Shown: positions 35,229 to 45,781, counted from the stretch's first letter. The stretch: 64,000 nucleotides of DNA from an uncultured archaeon (GCA_964428495.1 CAYRXY010000001.1:97473-161472), one strand, 5' to 3'. The notes: generated by a model from the letters alone, not told the origin. Numbers and translations: made by a program.

Positions 35229-36632
35229 ATGAATATGCTCGCTCAAGAACTTGCCCTATATGCGGTAAGGATTTCTAAAAAATTTGATATTGATTATCTT
35301 GAAGCGAGAGGAGAAAAGTATACTAAAGAAACGTTTCTCATGAAAAATGGTGTTATGGACGGTGGTGGATTTACAACGTCAGAAGGTATAGGAATTCGCG
35401 TTATTGTCGATGGCTCAGTTGGTTTTGCTACAACTGAAAATCTGACTAAGGAATCTGTCGAAACCGCTGTCGAAAATGCTATGAAGCTTGCTAAAGGTTC
35501 ATTAGAAAAGGCACATAAAGTAAAATTCTCTAAGGAAAAATCTGTAAAATCGAAGTGGGAAGTAAAAGAAAAGAAAAAAATATTTGATATCGACGCTAAG
35601 GAAAAAGTTTCACTATTAAAACACATAGATAACTTAGCTAAGAAGGCTAAGCTTAGAATGTTTCAATTATCTTTATCTAAGAATGAAAAATATTTTGCCA
35701 ATACTGAAGGAACGAGGATTTATTCTAGAGTTCCTAGAGTATTTTTATTTTATTCGGTAATCCTTAAAGTAAAGAGAGATGTTCAAAGAATGTTGGAGTA
35801 TGGTGGCTCTGGTGGTTGGGAATTAGTAGATAGTTGGAATTTAGATAAAAAAATACCAGAAGAAATTAATGCACTTGAAAAGGTTTCTGGTGCAAAGAAA
35901 CTAAAGCCTGAAAAGATGAATGTTGTTTTAAGCCCGGAAATTGTTGGAATAGCGATGCATGAATCTGTTGGTCATCCTTCTGAGGCTGATAGGATATTCG
36001 GTCGAGAAGCGGCTCAAGCGGGTGAAAGTTATTTGGATAAATCTTGGAAGGGCCGTGTTATGGCAGAGAAGTTTGTTAATGTAGTTGATGATCCTACTGT
36101 TAAGGGTTCATATGGTTATTATTTGTATGATGATGAAGGTGTTAAGGCAAGAAGAAAGTTCTTAATAAAGAATGGGAAAATCCATGAATTCTTACATAAT
36201 AGAGAAACTGCAGCTGTTATGAAAATTAAAAGTAACGGTTCATCCAGAGCAGAGCTATATTCTCGAGAACCGATAATAAGAATGAGTAATACATTTATGC
36301 TTCCAGGTGATCACTCCTTTGATGAATTGATTGAAGGAATAAAGAAGGGAGTTTACATAAAATCCTATAATGAGTGGAATATTGATGATAAAAGATGGAA
36401 TGAAAAGTACGTAGGTTGTGAAGCCTATCTAATCAAAAACGGTGAAATAGTTGAGCCTATCTTTGCACCTGTTTTGGAAATCACAACTGGCCAATTTTTC
36501 AAAAAAATAGATGCAGTAGGTAAAGACTTAGAGTTTGTTGCTGGAGTATGTGGGAAAGGTGAACCAATGCAGGGAATTCCAGTTTGGTTTGGAGGACCTC
36601 ATGTGAGATTGAAAAATGTTTTGATTAAGTGA
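35229..36632 (+). CDS. tldD: TldD-family metalloprotease
   Basis: HESVGHPSEADR (HExxxH) motif. Paired with a PmbA-type gene. Confidence 0.85.
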   Translation: MNMLAQELALYAVRISKKFDIDYLEARGEKYTKETFLMKNGVMDGGGFTTSEGIGIRVIVDGSVGFATTENLTKESVETAVENAMKLAKGSLEKAHKVKFSKEKSVKSKWEVKEKKKIFDIDAKEKVSLLKHIDNLAKKAKLRMFQLSLSKNEKYFANTEGTRIYSRVPRVFLFYSVILKVKRDVQRMLEYGGSGGWELVDSWNLDKKIPEEINALEKVSGAKKLKPEKMNVVLSPEIVGIAMHESVGHPSEADRIFGREAAQAGESYLDKSWKGRVMAEKFVNVVDDPTVKGSYGYYLYDDEGVKARRKFLIKNGKIHEFLHNRETAAVMKIKSNGSSRAELYSREPIIRMSNTFMLPGDHSFDELIEGIKKGVYIKSYNEWNIDDKRWNEKYVGCEAYLIKNGEIVEPIFAPVLEITTGQFFKKIDAVGKDLEFVAGVCGKGEPMQGIPVWFGGPHVRLKNVLIK

Positions 36633-36637
36633 TTGAA

Positions 36638-37930
36638 ATGAGAGTAGAAAGGATTGTTGAGTTTGGAAAAAAACTTGGAGCTGATGATGTAATAGCTACA
36701 AGTATAGAAGAAAAGACTAAACAGGTAAGATTTGCAAATGGCGAAATAGTTGCTGTTAAAGATTACGATCTTCGTGAAATTGAAGTATTCATGGCTTTAA
36801 AGAAAAGACTAATCTTTGGTAATGTAAAATCGTTAGATGACCTGAGAAAATTAGCTAAGATAGCTAAATATTTGGAACCAAAAAAAGATTATCATGGAAT
36901 CGCTAAGGATAAGTTCCTTTACAAACCAATAGAGAAAACTTATGATCCTAAGCTATTGGATTTAGATGTAAATGAAATAGTAAAACAAGCAATTGATCAT
37001 TCTAAATTTAAAAAATCTGCAGGAGTGTTGTATTTGAGAGAATATAGAATTATAAAATCTACGAGTGGTGGAGCGTTTGGCTCAGATCGCGGAACCTCCG
37101 TAGAATTTTCTTTTAGGTCATTTGTTAATAAATATGCAAGTGGACATTCTGTATCAGTTTCTAGAACATTATCGGACTTTGACTTCTTGAAGGCTGTGGA
37201 AGAAGCTGATGAGTATGCCAAGAGAGCTAGGAATCCAAAGAAGGGTCATGAAGGAAAATACGATGTAATATTTGCTCCCTTAGCTTTCGGTGATATATTA
37301 AGTCAAGTCGGAGATGCAGTTTCTGCATACAATGTTGATGCAGGCTTCTCCTGCTTTACTGGAAAAATAACTAAAAAGGTTGCAAGTGATTTGGTTAATA
37401 TTTATGATGATGGAAGAATGCCGAATGGTTTAAATACAGTTTTATTCGATGAGGAAGGCGTACCTACAAGGAAAACAGATTTAATAGTAGATGGAACTTT
37501 GAAATCATTTCTTCACAGTACTTCAACTGCTAAAAAGTATAAAACAGAAACCACAGGAAACGCAGGAATTATATCTCCAAGGCCTTGGAATATTGTTCTC
37601 AAGCCTGGTGATTATACTTTAGATGAGATGATAAAAGAAGTAAAAAATGGCATTCTGATAACGAATGTCTGGTACACTAGATTTACTAATTACTTTACAG
37701 GAGATTTCTCAACAATACCAAGAGATGCTATGATAGAAATTAAAGATGGAAAACTTGGACGTGCAGTTGCTGAACTAAGAGTAAGTGATAATATTTTAAG
37801 GATACTTGAAAATGTTAAGGCTATTTCAAGCATACCAAAACAGGTTAAATGGTGGGAAATGGAGAATCCAGTTACCACTGGATTCGTTTTAGTGAAAAAG
37901 GTACATCTCTCTAGTCCTGGGAATGTATAA
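36638..37930 (+). CDS. pmbA: PmbA/TldE-family protease subunit
   Basis: TldD/PmbA-fold paralog lacking the HExxxH motif, immediately downstream of tldD. ATG at 36638; the ORF track begins at GTG 36629. Confidence 0.8.
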   Translation: MRVERIVEFGKKLGADDVIATSIEEKTKQVRFANGEIVAVKDYDLREIEVFMALKKRLIFGNVKSLDDLRKLAKIAKYLEPKKDYHGIAKDKFLYKPIEKTYDPKLLDLDVNEIVKQAIDHSKFKKSAGVLYLREYRIIKSTSGGAFGSDRGTSVEFSFRSFVNKYASGHSVSVSRTLSDFDFLKAVEEADEYAKRARNPKKGHEGKYDVIFAPLAFGDILSQVGDAVSAYNVDAGFSCFTGKITKKVASDLVNIYDDGRMPNGLNTVLFDEEGVPTRKTDLIVDGTLKSFLHSTSTAKKYKTETTGNAGIISPRPWNIVLKPGDYTLDEMIKEVKNGILITNVWYTRFTNYFTGDFSTIPRDAMIEIKDGKLGRAVAELRVSDNILRILENVKAISSIPKQVKWWEMENPVTTGFVLVKKVHLSSPGNV

Positions 37931-38441
37931 CCTTTTTTTCTCTTTCTGATGGAATTATTCTCAACTTTGCATTTAAGAGTTTTTTATTCAACTCCTTCCC
38001 CTCAAACAACTCATGTAAAAATATTGCAAGTGCCGCAACCTCGCTATGTGGTTGATTGGTAACAGCTATGTTATAATCGACTAAACCATAAACTTCAGAT
38101 GGTACTTTTTCACTTCCTATTATTATCAAGACTTTTCTTCCCTTCCCAAGTTTTCTAATTTCCTTTATTTTGTCTTGTATTGGAAGTCCGTACATTGTTA
38201 AATGAATCTTTATACCATTCCACGATTTGATAATCTTTTTCCAATTTTTTTCATATCTAACTACGAACTTTCCTCCCCAATTTTTCACAACTTTTCTAAT
38301 ACTTTCAATTAGTCCTTGATCGCTTTCTCCTGAAAAAATAATACCATCTGCTCCAAGAGCTCTAGCTACAAGGCCACAATGTGTTGACATTCTTTCATCT
38401 CTTTTTCTTCTATGTCCTAGCCTTAAAATAAAAACCTTCAT
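37911..38441 (-). CDS. trm56: tRNA (cytidine56-2'-O)-methyltransferase
   Basis: [36 protein letters not shown] is the characteristic aTrm56 SPOUT N-terminus. About 176 aa. Confidence 0.85.
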   Translation of the reverse strand: MKVFILRLGHRRKRDERMSTHCGLVARALGADGIIFSGESDQGLIESIRKVVKNWGGKFVVRYEKNWKKIIKSWNGIKIHLTMYGLPIQDKIKEIRKLGKGRKVLIIIGSEKVPSEVYGLVDYNIAVTNQPHSEVAALAIFLHELFEGKELNKKLLNAKLRIIPSEREKKVIHSQD

Positions 38442-38470
38442 ACTTAAACTTTCTGATATAAAGTTAATAT

Positions 38471-38683
38471 ATGGATGTCAACGTAATACTAGAGTGGTTG
38501 GTTATTATAGTTGAGCTTATAGTTCTTTACTATCTTCTCGAGCACTTTAAAAAATTGGAAAAGCACACAGAGTCTCTAGAGGCTCATACGAGAAAACTTA
38601 ATGAGCATATACTTCAGATGGAGAGAATGATACGGGATTTGATTAAGTGTTATGGCGAACGACAGCATAGAAAAAAGAAGTAG
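38471..38683 (+). CDS. small TM + coiled-coil protein, unknown function
   Basis: 70 aa, one N-terminal hydrophobic helix. The 3' end overlaps the convergent methyltransferase by 41 nt, so the call is uncertain. Confidence 0.35.
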   Translation: MDVNVILEWLVIIVELIVLYYLLEHFKKLEKHTESLEAHTRKLNEHILQMERMIRDLIKCYGERQHRKKK

Positions 38684-39233
38684 ACTGCAACTTTTCTCCT
38701 TCGATCATCTTAAAATTAATTTTCAAGTTCTTTAGTAGTTTTTTAACCTCATCTTTTTCCCATGTTCTAACGTAATATGATTTTCCACCTATATATCTTT
38801 TTTCTATTCCATCCCCTTCTCTAAATTCTATTATAATTCCTACTCGAGAGACCCTTAACATCTCTCTTATTGATTTTTTGAATTTTAGAGATCCTATTGT
38901 ATTTCCAAGACATGTTGCAAAGTCAAATGAACCATCTTTAAAGGGTAAATGATGAGCATCCCCTATTATGTATTGGTCTCTCGTTAAACTTCTGGCTAGT
39001 TTTATCATTTCTATTGATGAATCTAATCCTACTGCATTTATTTTATGAGTTTTGAAAAATCTAACGTGTCGACCTGTACCACAACCAATATCTAATACAG
39101 ATGAATTTTTTGGAATCAGAGATAACAGAACCTTTCTTTCATTTTTGAACAGACCTTTTCCATAATATCTTTTGTTTATATATTCCTTTGCAATTTTGCT
39201 CCAAACTTTTTTATCCCATATTTTATCTTTCAT
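38643..39233 (-). CDS. class I SAM-dependent methyltransferase
   Basis: Motif I VLDIGCGTGRH and post-I GLDSS. Confidence 0.75.
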   Translation of the reverse strand: MKDKIWDKKVWSKIAKEYINKRYYGKGLFKNERKVLLSLIPKNSSVLDIGCGTGRHVRFFKTHKINAVGLDSSIEMIKLARSLTRDQYIIGDAHHLPFKDGSFDFATCLGNTIGSLKFKKSIREMLRVSRVGIIIEFREGDGIEKRYIGGKSYYVRTWEKDEVKKLLKNLKINFKMIEGEKLQSTSFFYAVVRHNT

Positions 39234-39636
39234 AAATTAACTTTTCTACAACAATTTCTAAATGTTTGTTGTATTCATTAATCCTTCCGATAACTTTTAT
39301 TTTGCTCCCTTTCTTTAGATTTGAAATATTATTTATCTTTATTGAATAACTTGAAAATATTACTGCATTTATGGACTTTTTACCATCTGTAATCTTAAAG
39401 AAAATCGTCCCATTTTTGTCGTGTGGAATGTTAACTAAGAACCCGGTAACCGAAACGTAATTACCTATCATAGTTTCATCTATTTTACTTATGTTTACTT
39501 CAGGTGGTTCTGTTGTCTGTGTTACAACATATGATACTATCAGCCCAAAGAAAAATATCAATAGTGTAAGAAAACGAATATTGGCCTCGTTGATTTTTAT
39601 CCACCTATCGAGGGTTTTTTTCCAACAGGAAACCAT
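39223..39636 (-). CDS. membrane-anchored OB-fold (tRNA_anti-like) protein
   Basis: N-terminal TM helix, then a pattern like GNYVSVTGFLVNI...IKVIGRINEYNKHLEIVV, typical of OB-fold nucleic-acid-binding domains. Confidence 0.5.
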   Translation of the reverse strand: MVSCWKKTLDRWIKINEANIRFLTLLIFFFGLIVSYVVTQTTEPPEVNISKIDETMIGNYVSVTGFLVNIPHDKNGTIFFKITDGKKSINAVIFSSYSIKINNISNLKKGSKIKVIGRINEYNKHLEIVVEKLIYER

Positions 39637-40034
39637 TTTCCAAGTTTTTTTAGGATCGCATCTTCAAGTTTTACCCCACTTGCAACTATATCCGTTAATG
39701 TTATTATTCCAACAAGTTTTCCGCCGTCAATAACAGGTAATTTTTTTATTTTATTTTCCGTCATTATTTCTGCAGCTTTTTCCACTTTTTCATCTGCAAA
39801 AACTGTGATTATATTTCTGGTCATTATTTCTTCTATTTTTGTGTCTAGTGGTTTGTTATGTGAGAGAATCTTTCTTAGCAAATCCCTTTCAGTGACAATT
39901 CCGACGATTTTATTGCTTTCCAAAATTATGACAGAACCTACAGAATTTTCTATCATTAGATCTAGTGCATCTTTTATTGTTGCATCTTTTCTTAAAATCA
40001 GAACATTTCTTTTCATTATATCTTTAACTTTCAT
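39597..40034 (-). CDS. CBS-domain pair protein
   Basis: Two CBS repeats: VKDIMKRNVLIL...VGIVTERDLLRK and IEEIMTRNIITV...LVGIITLTDIV. Confidence 0.85.
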   Translation of the reverse strand: MKVKDIMKRNVLILRKDATIKDALDLMIENSVGSVIILESNKIVGIVTERDLLRKILSHNKPLDTKIEEIMTRNIITVFADEKVEKAAEIMTENKIKKLPVIDGGKLVGIITLTDIVASGVKLEDAILKKLGKWFPVGKKPSIGG

Positions 40035-40043
40035 AATCCCACA

Positions 40044-41168
40044 TCAAAGTTTTATTTTATTATCTATAAAATACTTTTCAACTTTTTTCTCAACCCTCTT
40101 TCTACGTTTTCTGTGCTCCTTGAGAAACTTGTTGATCTTTTCTGTTAAAAGTTCTTTACATTCACCACACATAGTCCTACCTGTCCTACAACCTTCTCTG
40201 ATTTCTTCTATTTTGTTATCATCTTCTTCGAAGATTGAGTAAAGATATTTGAATATAATACACTTTTCTGGATTGCCACCCTTTTCTTTATGTTCCCTTA
40301 AAGTTCCTCCACCTCCACTTAGAGCTCTCCATACCTTTCTCTTTACTGTCTCCTCATCATCAGTTAAGAATATACAAGCTTCTGGTTTAGATGATGACAT
40401 TTTATCATCTCCTCTTAAAGATGGCATGAATTTTGAGTGAATAATAGCTGGTTTGTAGTATCCTAGTTTTGGTGCAACATCTCTTGTTATTCTAAAGTGT
40501 GGATCCTGATCTACACCTAATGGAATAAGACACGGAACGTTTTTGCCCTGAATTTTACTTTCTAAAAATGCTGGTACAGTTTGTAGGGAGGTGTAGAATA
40601 TTTGTCCGATGTTTGAACTATCTTTAAGACCAAATGTTGCTTTTACCATGGAAAAGGTGACAATTCTTGAAACCTTGATAGCTTCTTCATAAAGATAATT
40701 TATATGTTTTGTGTCCTGAATCACTATCGTATTTTTTTCATTAAATCCCAAAGCTAGAATATCGATTATATTTTCTCTCGTGAATGATTCTATTTTTTCA
40801 AGCTTAAGATGTTTTTTAAATAGAAATTTTTCGTCATCTGTAAATTGTAGGTATACCTTTGTCTTGAACTTTTCCTGCAGCCATTTCGTAAACATCATTG
40901 GAACTAAATGACCTATATGCATTGATTCTGTTGGTCCTCTTCCAGTATATAGGTAGAATTTTTCTCCATTTTTATATTTATTTAATATCCAATCTAGATC
41001 TCTATGAGCGAAGAAAACACCTCTTTTCAAGAAAATATGAAGATCCCTAGTGTGTTTCTTTATTTTGTCTAGTAGTTCAGGTGTAATTGTCTTTATTCCA
41101 AACTCCTTTATTAATTTTTCGTAATTGACCTTACCTTTAACGTTCCAAGGAGTTACTTCAAACACCAT
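40044..41168 (-). CDS. trpS: tryptophan--tRNA ligase (archaeal/eukaryotic type)
   Basis: Class I HIGH-like GRGPTESMHIGHL and KMSKS-like KMSSSKP. C-terminal CRTGRTMCGECK. Confidence 0.85.
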   Translation of the reverse strand: MVFEVTPWNVKGKVNYEKLIKEFGIKTITPELLDKIKKHTRDLHIFLKRGVFFAHRDLDWILNKYKNGEKFYLYTGRGPTESMHIGHLVPMMFTKWLQEKFKTKVYLQFTDDEKFLFKKHLKLEKIESFTRENIIDILALGFNEKNTIVIQDTKHINYLYEEAIKVSRIVTFSMVKATFGLKDSSNIGQIFYTSLQTVPAFLESKIQGKNVPCLIPLGVDQDPHFRITRDVAPKLGYYKPAIIHSKFMPSLRGDDKMSSSKPEACIFLTDDEETVKRKVWRALSGGGGTLREHKEKGGNPEKCIIFKYLYSIFEEDDNKIEEIREGCRTGRTMCGECKELLTEKINKFLKEHRKRRKRVEKKVEKYFIDNKIKL

Positions 41169-41250
41169 AATAAATCTTTTTTCTACGAGATTTAAAACTT
41201 ATTTAAAATTTGAATGTAAAAATTAGCTATATCGATTATAATATAGTGAG

Positions 41251-43365
41251 GTGAAATTTTTGGGATATACTCTTATAGTTACTGAGAAACCAACTGCCGC
41301 TAGAACTATTGCAAAGGCTTTGGCTGATGGTAAAATAGAAAAGCATGAAGAAAATGGAGCAGTTTGGTATGAAATCAAAAAAGGAAAAAAGAAATATGTC
41401 ATTGCTCCTGCTGCTGGTCACCTTTATACATTAAAGCAAAAAGAGAAAGGTTGGGACTATCCTAGATTTGATGTTGAATGGATTCCAAGCTTCAAAGCAT
41501 CAAAAACTGCAAAATTTTCTGAGAAATACTTTAGAGTTCTAGAGAAACTAGCTAAAGATGCTACGGATGTCATAATAGCCACTGACTATGACGATGAAGG
41601 AGAAGTTATCGGATATAATATTCTTAGATTTATGCTCGGGCGAGAAAAGGCAAAGAGAATGAAATTCTCCACTATGACAAAAGAAGAACTAGAGGAAAGT
41701 TTCAAAAATATGATAAAGATAAATAAGAATCTTGCAGAGGCAGGATTGACACGACATTATATGGATTGGTATTTCGGAATAAATCTGACTAGGGCATTAA
41801 CGAACTCTATCAAAAAAGTAGGGAAGCGATTTAGAATAATTTCCACCGGGAGGGTGCAGGGCCCAACGCTTTACTTTCTTGCCAAGCACGAAGAGAAAAT
41901 AAAGGCATTTAAGCCGAAACCGTTCTGGCAGGTTGAGTTAGAGTTAAAACTTAGGAGAAATATCTACAAGGCCGTTTTTGAAAAGGATAAAATATGGGAT
42001 AAAAAAGAAGCCGAAGAAATTCTCAAGAAGGCCGATAAAAAGTTTGCAAATGTTAAGGATGTTAAAAAGAGAGTAATTACACAGAAACCACCTAAACCAT
42101 ATAATACTACCTCATTTGTTGCTGATGTATATAGATACTTTGGTTATTCTCCTAGGGACGCAATGCGCATTGCGGAATCATTATATCAGGCAGGATACAT
42201 AAGCTATCCAAGAACGGCAAGTGAGAAATTACCTCCAGACATAGATTACAAAAAGATTCTTTCATCTCTCTCAAAAATATCTAAATATAAAAAATTATGC
42301 AATAGACTTCTCGTTAAAGATGAATTAAAGCCAAATGAAGGTAAAAAAACAGATCCTGCACATCCAGCAATATATCCTACCGCTCAGGTTCCAAAAAAAT
42401 TAGGTTCAAAACAACAGAAAGTTTATGATCTAGTTGTTCATAGATTTTTAGCAATATTCGGTGAACCTGCTAAGCGAGAATCACAAAAAGTAATACTTGA
42501 TGTTGATGGTAAAATATTTTTCCTTAGTGGAATTCGTACTATTGAACCTGGTTGGACGGAACTTTATGGAAAATATGCTGCAAGAGAAGAAACGATATTA
42601 CCAGAGTTGAAGATAGGTGATAAAATCGAAATTAGAAAAGTAAACTTGATAAGTAAAGAGACGCAACCACCTCAACGATACTCACAGGGTTCTGTTATAA
42701 AGGAGATGGAAGTACGTGGATTAGGGACAAAGGCAACAAGGCCACAGATATTACAAATATTATATAACAGGGGATATCTTTTCGGTAAGTCCATAGAGGT
42801 CACAGAGCTTGGCTTAAATCTAGCAAAGATATTAAAGAAGAATGTTTCCGATATCGTTTCTGAAGAGTTGACTCGAAAATTTGAAGAGGAAACAGATGCA
42901 ATAGAAAGAGGAGAAAAAACAATGAATGAAGTCCTTGAAGAAGTTAAAAAGGCAATAACAAAAATAAGTAAGAAATTTAAGAAGAAGGAATTGAAGATAG
43001 GGAAAGAACTTACTGAGTCCGTTGTAAAGACTTATGAACGTCAATCTATTCTCGGAAAGTGTCCGAAGTGTGGTGGAACTATAAAGGTTTTCAAGATGTG
43101 GAAGACTGGAAATAGATTTGCAGGTTGTACTAATTATAAAAAAGGATGTGATTTTTCTGCCCCACTTCCAAGGGAAGGTCTAATTATACCTACTGGTAAG
43201 GTATGTCCTCACTGTGGAACTCCTATTATTGAGGTTCGTAGATCAGGTAAGAGACCATTTAGAATGTGTTTGGATCCGAACTGCCCGACTAAGAAAGACT
43301 GGGTTGATAAGGAGAGGTTGGCGGAGTCAAAACGAAAATGGGAAGAGAAGAAGAAAAAGAAGTAA
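41251..43365 (+). CDS. topA: DNA topoisomerase I (type IA) with C-terminal zinc ribbons
   Basis: Toprim LIVTEKP...ATDYDDEGE. Catalytic Tyr context GYISYPRT. Zinc ribbons CPKCGG...CTNYKKGC and CPHCG...CLDPNC. GTG start at 41251, or TTG at 41260. Confidence 0.9.
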   Translation: MKFLGYTLIVTEKPTAARTIAKALADGKIEKHEENGAVWYEIKKGKKKYVIAPAAGHLYTLKQKEKGWDYPRFDVEWIPSFKASKTAKFSEKYFRVLEKLAKDATDVIIATDYDDEGEVIGYNILRFMLGREKAKRMKFSTMTKEELEESFKNMIKINKNLAEAGLTRHYMDWYFGINLTRALTNSIKKVGKRFRIISTGRVQGPTLYFLAKHEEKIKAFKPKPFWQVELELKLRRNIYKAVFEKDKIWDKKEAEEILKKADKKFANVKDVKKRVITQKPPKPYNTTSFVADVYRYFGYSPRDAMRIAESLYQAGYISYPRTASEKLPPDIDYKKILSSLSKISKYKKLCNRLLVKDELKPNEGKKTDPAHPAIYPTAQVPKKLGSKQQKVYDLVVHRFLAIFGEPAKRESQKVILDVDGKIFFLSGIRTIEPGWTELYGKYAAREETILPELKIGDKIEIRKVNLISKETQPPQRYSQGSVIKEMEVRGLGTKATRPQILQILYNRGYLFGKSIEVTELGLNLAKILKKNVSDIVSEELTRKFEEETDAIERGEKTMNEVLEEVKKAITKISKKFKKKELKIGKELTESVVKTYERQSILGKCPKCGGTIKVFKMWKTGNRFAGCTNYKKGCDFSAPLPREGLIIPTGKVCPHCGTPIIEVRRSGKRPFRMCLDPNCPTKKDWVDKERLAESKRKWEEKKKKK

Positions 43366-43366
43366 A

Positions 43367-44053
43367 TCATTTTCTAATCTTTAGATATACTAAAGTCCAT
43401 GTAGTTACCGCTAAAGGTGTTATCAATAGGGAATTTATCAATGGTCCTATGTATGGAAATAAAGATATTCCGAATGCTATACTGAAAAGTACTATTAGAA
43501 TTACAGCTACGTCCCAGAACCTACCTTTTGTAACTTCCCAACTTTTCTTAACGCCAATTGAACCGTCAATAACGCAGGCCTGTTGGAATAGAAGAAGTCT
43601 GACGAGAAGATATAGCCCTGGAATTATCAATGCTATAAGACCCATTCCTACTACGAAACTAGTTACTATTGCACCTGCTATTAAATAAGGAACTCGATTT
43701 AACCCTATTTTTAATGCCTTTGAGATAGATATCTTTCTACCTCTTTTTATCGAAGCAACCAAGGAAATTACTGCACCAGTTATGGTTAGTTGAATAATAA
43801 ATATTATGGTTATTGCTGTTATAAGTGCATACAGGTATTGATGTAAAAATTGTGTAGTTAGTATAGATGATTTTGCTAGAAATCCCGCTCCTATAAATTT
43901 TAAAAAGATTGGTAGACCCAGTAGTGAAATCATTGTTATAATTACTATGATAAATTGAAGTACGTACAATTCTATGATCTCTGAATTCCTTTTTACTATT
44001 TCAAAGGCTTCCTTTAGAATTTCTAATGCGTTGATTGACTTTTTGTTTGTCAT
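43367..44053 (-). CDS. polytopic membrane protein, unknown function
   Basis: 228 aa with about 6 TM helices. The antisense ORF 43338-43688 looks non-coding. Confidence 0.5.
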   Translation of the reverse strand: MTNKKSINALEILKEAFEIVKRNSEIIELYVLQFIIVIITMISLLGLPIFLKFIGAGFLAKSSILTTQFLHQYLYALITAITIIFIIQLTITGAVISLVASIKRGRKISISKALKIGLNRVPYLIAGAIVTSFVVGMGLIALIIPGLYLLVRLLLFQQACVIDGSIGVKKSWEVTKGRFWDVAVILIVLFSIAFGISLFPYIGPLINSLLITPLAVTTWTLVYLKIRK

Positions 44054-44133
44054 ACTTTATGTTTGACATCAGATTTATATATTTTTAGCTTTCTTATAGA
44101 AAAAGATACTGGATATCTAAAATACGAAAAATT

Positions 44134-44847
44134 TTAAAGCAATTCTACAAATTTCTCTATTGCGTTTATATCATCTAAGTATCTCTTACTCATAACTACA
44201 TAATGAATTTCATCTTCTAGTTCTTTCACTTTTTCCATTGGTGACACTCTCGCTTGGTAATCTTTATCGCTTGGATTTATTCTAACCCCAGGAATAAGTT
44301 TCTTAATTTTCAGATTTCTAAGTTCCTCGCTTTCTTCAAGAGCCTTGACATCTGTAGTTATTGCATCACAGCCACTTCTTTCAGATATTTTTCCTAATTC
44401 ATATATTATTTGTGAAATACTTTTTCCATAGAGCGCTTTTGCCTCATTCTCTGGTATCTTTGTATGGATCGTGAATCCAATAACCTTTATTCCATCTTCT
44501 TTACCTTTCTCTACGTAGCCTCTAAGATTTTTCTCCATAAGTGATGCTGAAACCGTTATATAATCTAGTGGAAGCTCTGAGATAACTTCTTTAACAATCT
44601 TATATCCTGTATTATGACCATGAGAAATCTTGAAGTCACCAAAAATTTCGTAACCCATATCTTTGAAAACTTTATATTTTGAGAAATCTTTTCTTAATGC
44701 ATAGTCATTTATTTTAACACCAAATTTCTTGTTTATATCATCTCCGTATTCTATTTCCAGATTTTTTAAGAAGCTCTTACCTACTCCTAAAATTTTATCA
44801 GTTGGTAGATCCAAAGCGACAAAAATCTTTTCGACCATTTCACTCAC
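44134..44847 (-). CDS. OMP-decarboxylase-superfamily protein, divergent active-site motif
   Basis: IFVALD, GVKIN, GDFKISHGHNTG (canonical DxKxxD reads DFKISH here), IPGVRIN. Overlaps the upstream PRTase-like gene by 8 nt. Confidence 0.5.
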   Translation of the reverse strand: MSEMVEKIFVALDLPTDKILGVGKSFLKNLEIEYGDDINKKFGVKINDYALRKDFSKYKVFKDMGYEIFGDFKISHGHNTGYKIVKEVISELPLDYITVSASLMEKNLRGYVEKGKEDGIKVIGFTIHTKIPENEAKALYGKSISQIIYELGKISERSGCDAITTDVKALEESEELRNLKIKKLIPGVRINPSDKDYQARVSPMEKVKELEDEIHYVVMSKRYLDDINAIEKFVELL

Positions 44848-45781
44848 CTATCATTTCTATAACTTTTCTAGTCCAATTCCATGGATCTGAAATCCAATCT
44901 TTAACGACTTTATATCGTTCCTTATCCAGGTGTCCATTTTTGTATGCCTCTTCAAAGAAAGTCTTTCCATTAACCAAATAGATTTGAGTCACTCCTTCTC
45001 TTTTTAGTCTTTCAACACCTACGGGATGTCTATAATCGAAAACACATGCTGCTGCTAATTGTACATCATTTTCTTTGTTGTACCCAAATCTCTTCAATAC
45101 TCTTATTGTATTTTGTGTTGTTTCAGACGTGGTTCTCAATTCTTCAAAATTTATAACACTACTTGCTTCCTGTGGAGGAGGTATTATTCCCTCTATATGA
45201 TCTGTTAACTTTTCTTTCTCTTTTTTCACGCTTATCGTTTTTCTCATACCTCTTGCATAAGGAGTCGCTGGCCATATAATTTCATCTTCAAGGTACAAAT
45301 TCTCTAGCTCTCTTCGTGTTTCGTCACCAATAAATGCACCACCAGTCATGTTTGGTAAACAAACATGATATTTATCACCAACTTTTTGAATGAACTCTTT
45401 ATCTATTTTTCTTGCTAATTGTTTTGCAAATACTTCCCTTGGAGTTTTATGCGTAAGCAAACCTTTCACCCTTAGATACACTGGTCCTATGTGTTTGCCT
45501 TCAGGAACCATTTTCTTAAGACTTTCATACACATCTTGTGGGATAAGACCTTCCTCTATCATTGTGTCGATTCTCCCAGCATATTTTCTCGGACCCTTTT
45601 CCTTTATTTCATCAAAATTCTGAACGTATACTAGTTTCTGACTCGTCATTTCTGTTATACCGAAAAGAAGGTTAGCTAAAAGCTCGGCGAATTCCTCTTG
45701 AGTGAGCTCATCATTGTATCCTTTTTCTATAAGCTCTTTATTATCATCAAAAACTGAATTTATCTTTTCTATCATTTTCAT
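44840..45781 (-). CDS. phosphoribosyltransferase-like protein (PyrE-like C-terminal half, long N-terminal extension)
   Basis: Degenerate PRPP loop VINFEELRTTSETTQNTIRVLKRFG. The C-terminal YKNGHLDKERYKVVKDWISDPWNW resembles the tail of Bacillus-type PyrE. Confidence 0.4.
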   Translation of the reverse strand: MKMIEKINSVFDDNKELIEKGYNDELTQEEFAELLANLLFGITEMTSQKLVYVQNFDEIKEKGPRKYAGRIDTMIEEGLIPQDVYESLKKMVPEGKHIGPVYLRVKGLLTHKTPREVFAKQLARKIDKEFIQKVGDKYHVCLPNMTGGAFIGDETRRELENLYLEDEIIWPATPYARGMRKTISVKKEKEKLTDHIEGIIPPPQEASSVINFEELRTTSETTQNTIRVLKRFGYNKENDVQLAAACVFDYRHPVGVERLKREGVTQIYLVNGKTFFEEAYKNGHLDKERYKVVKDWISDPWNWTRKVIEMIGE

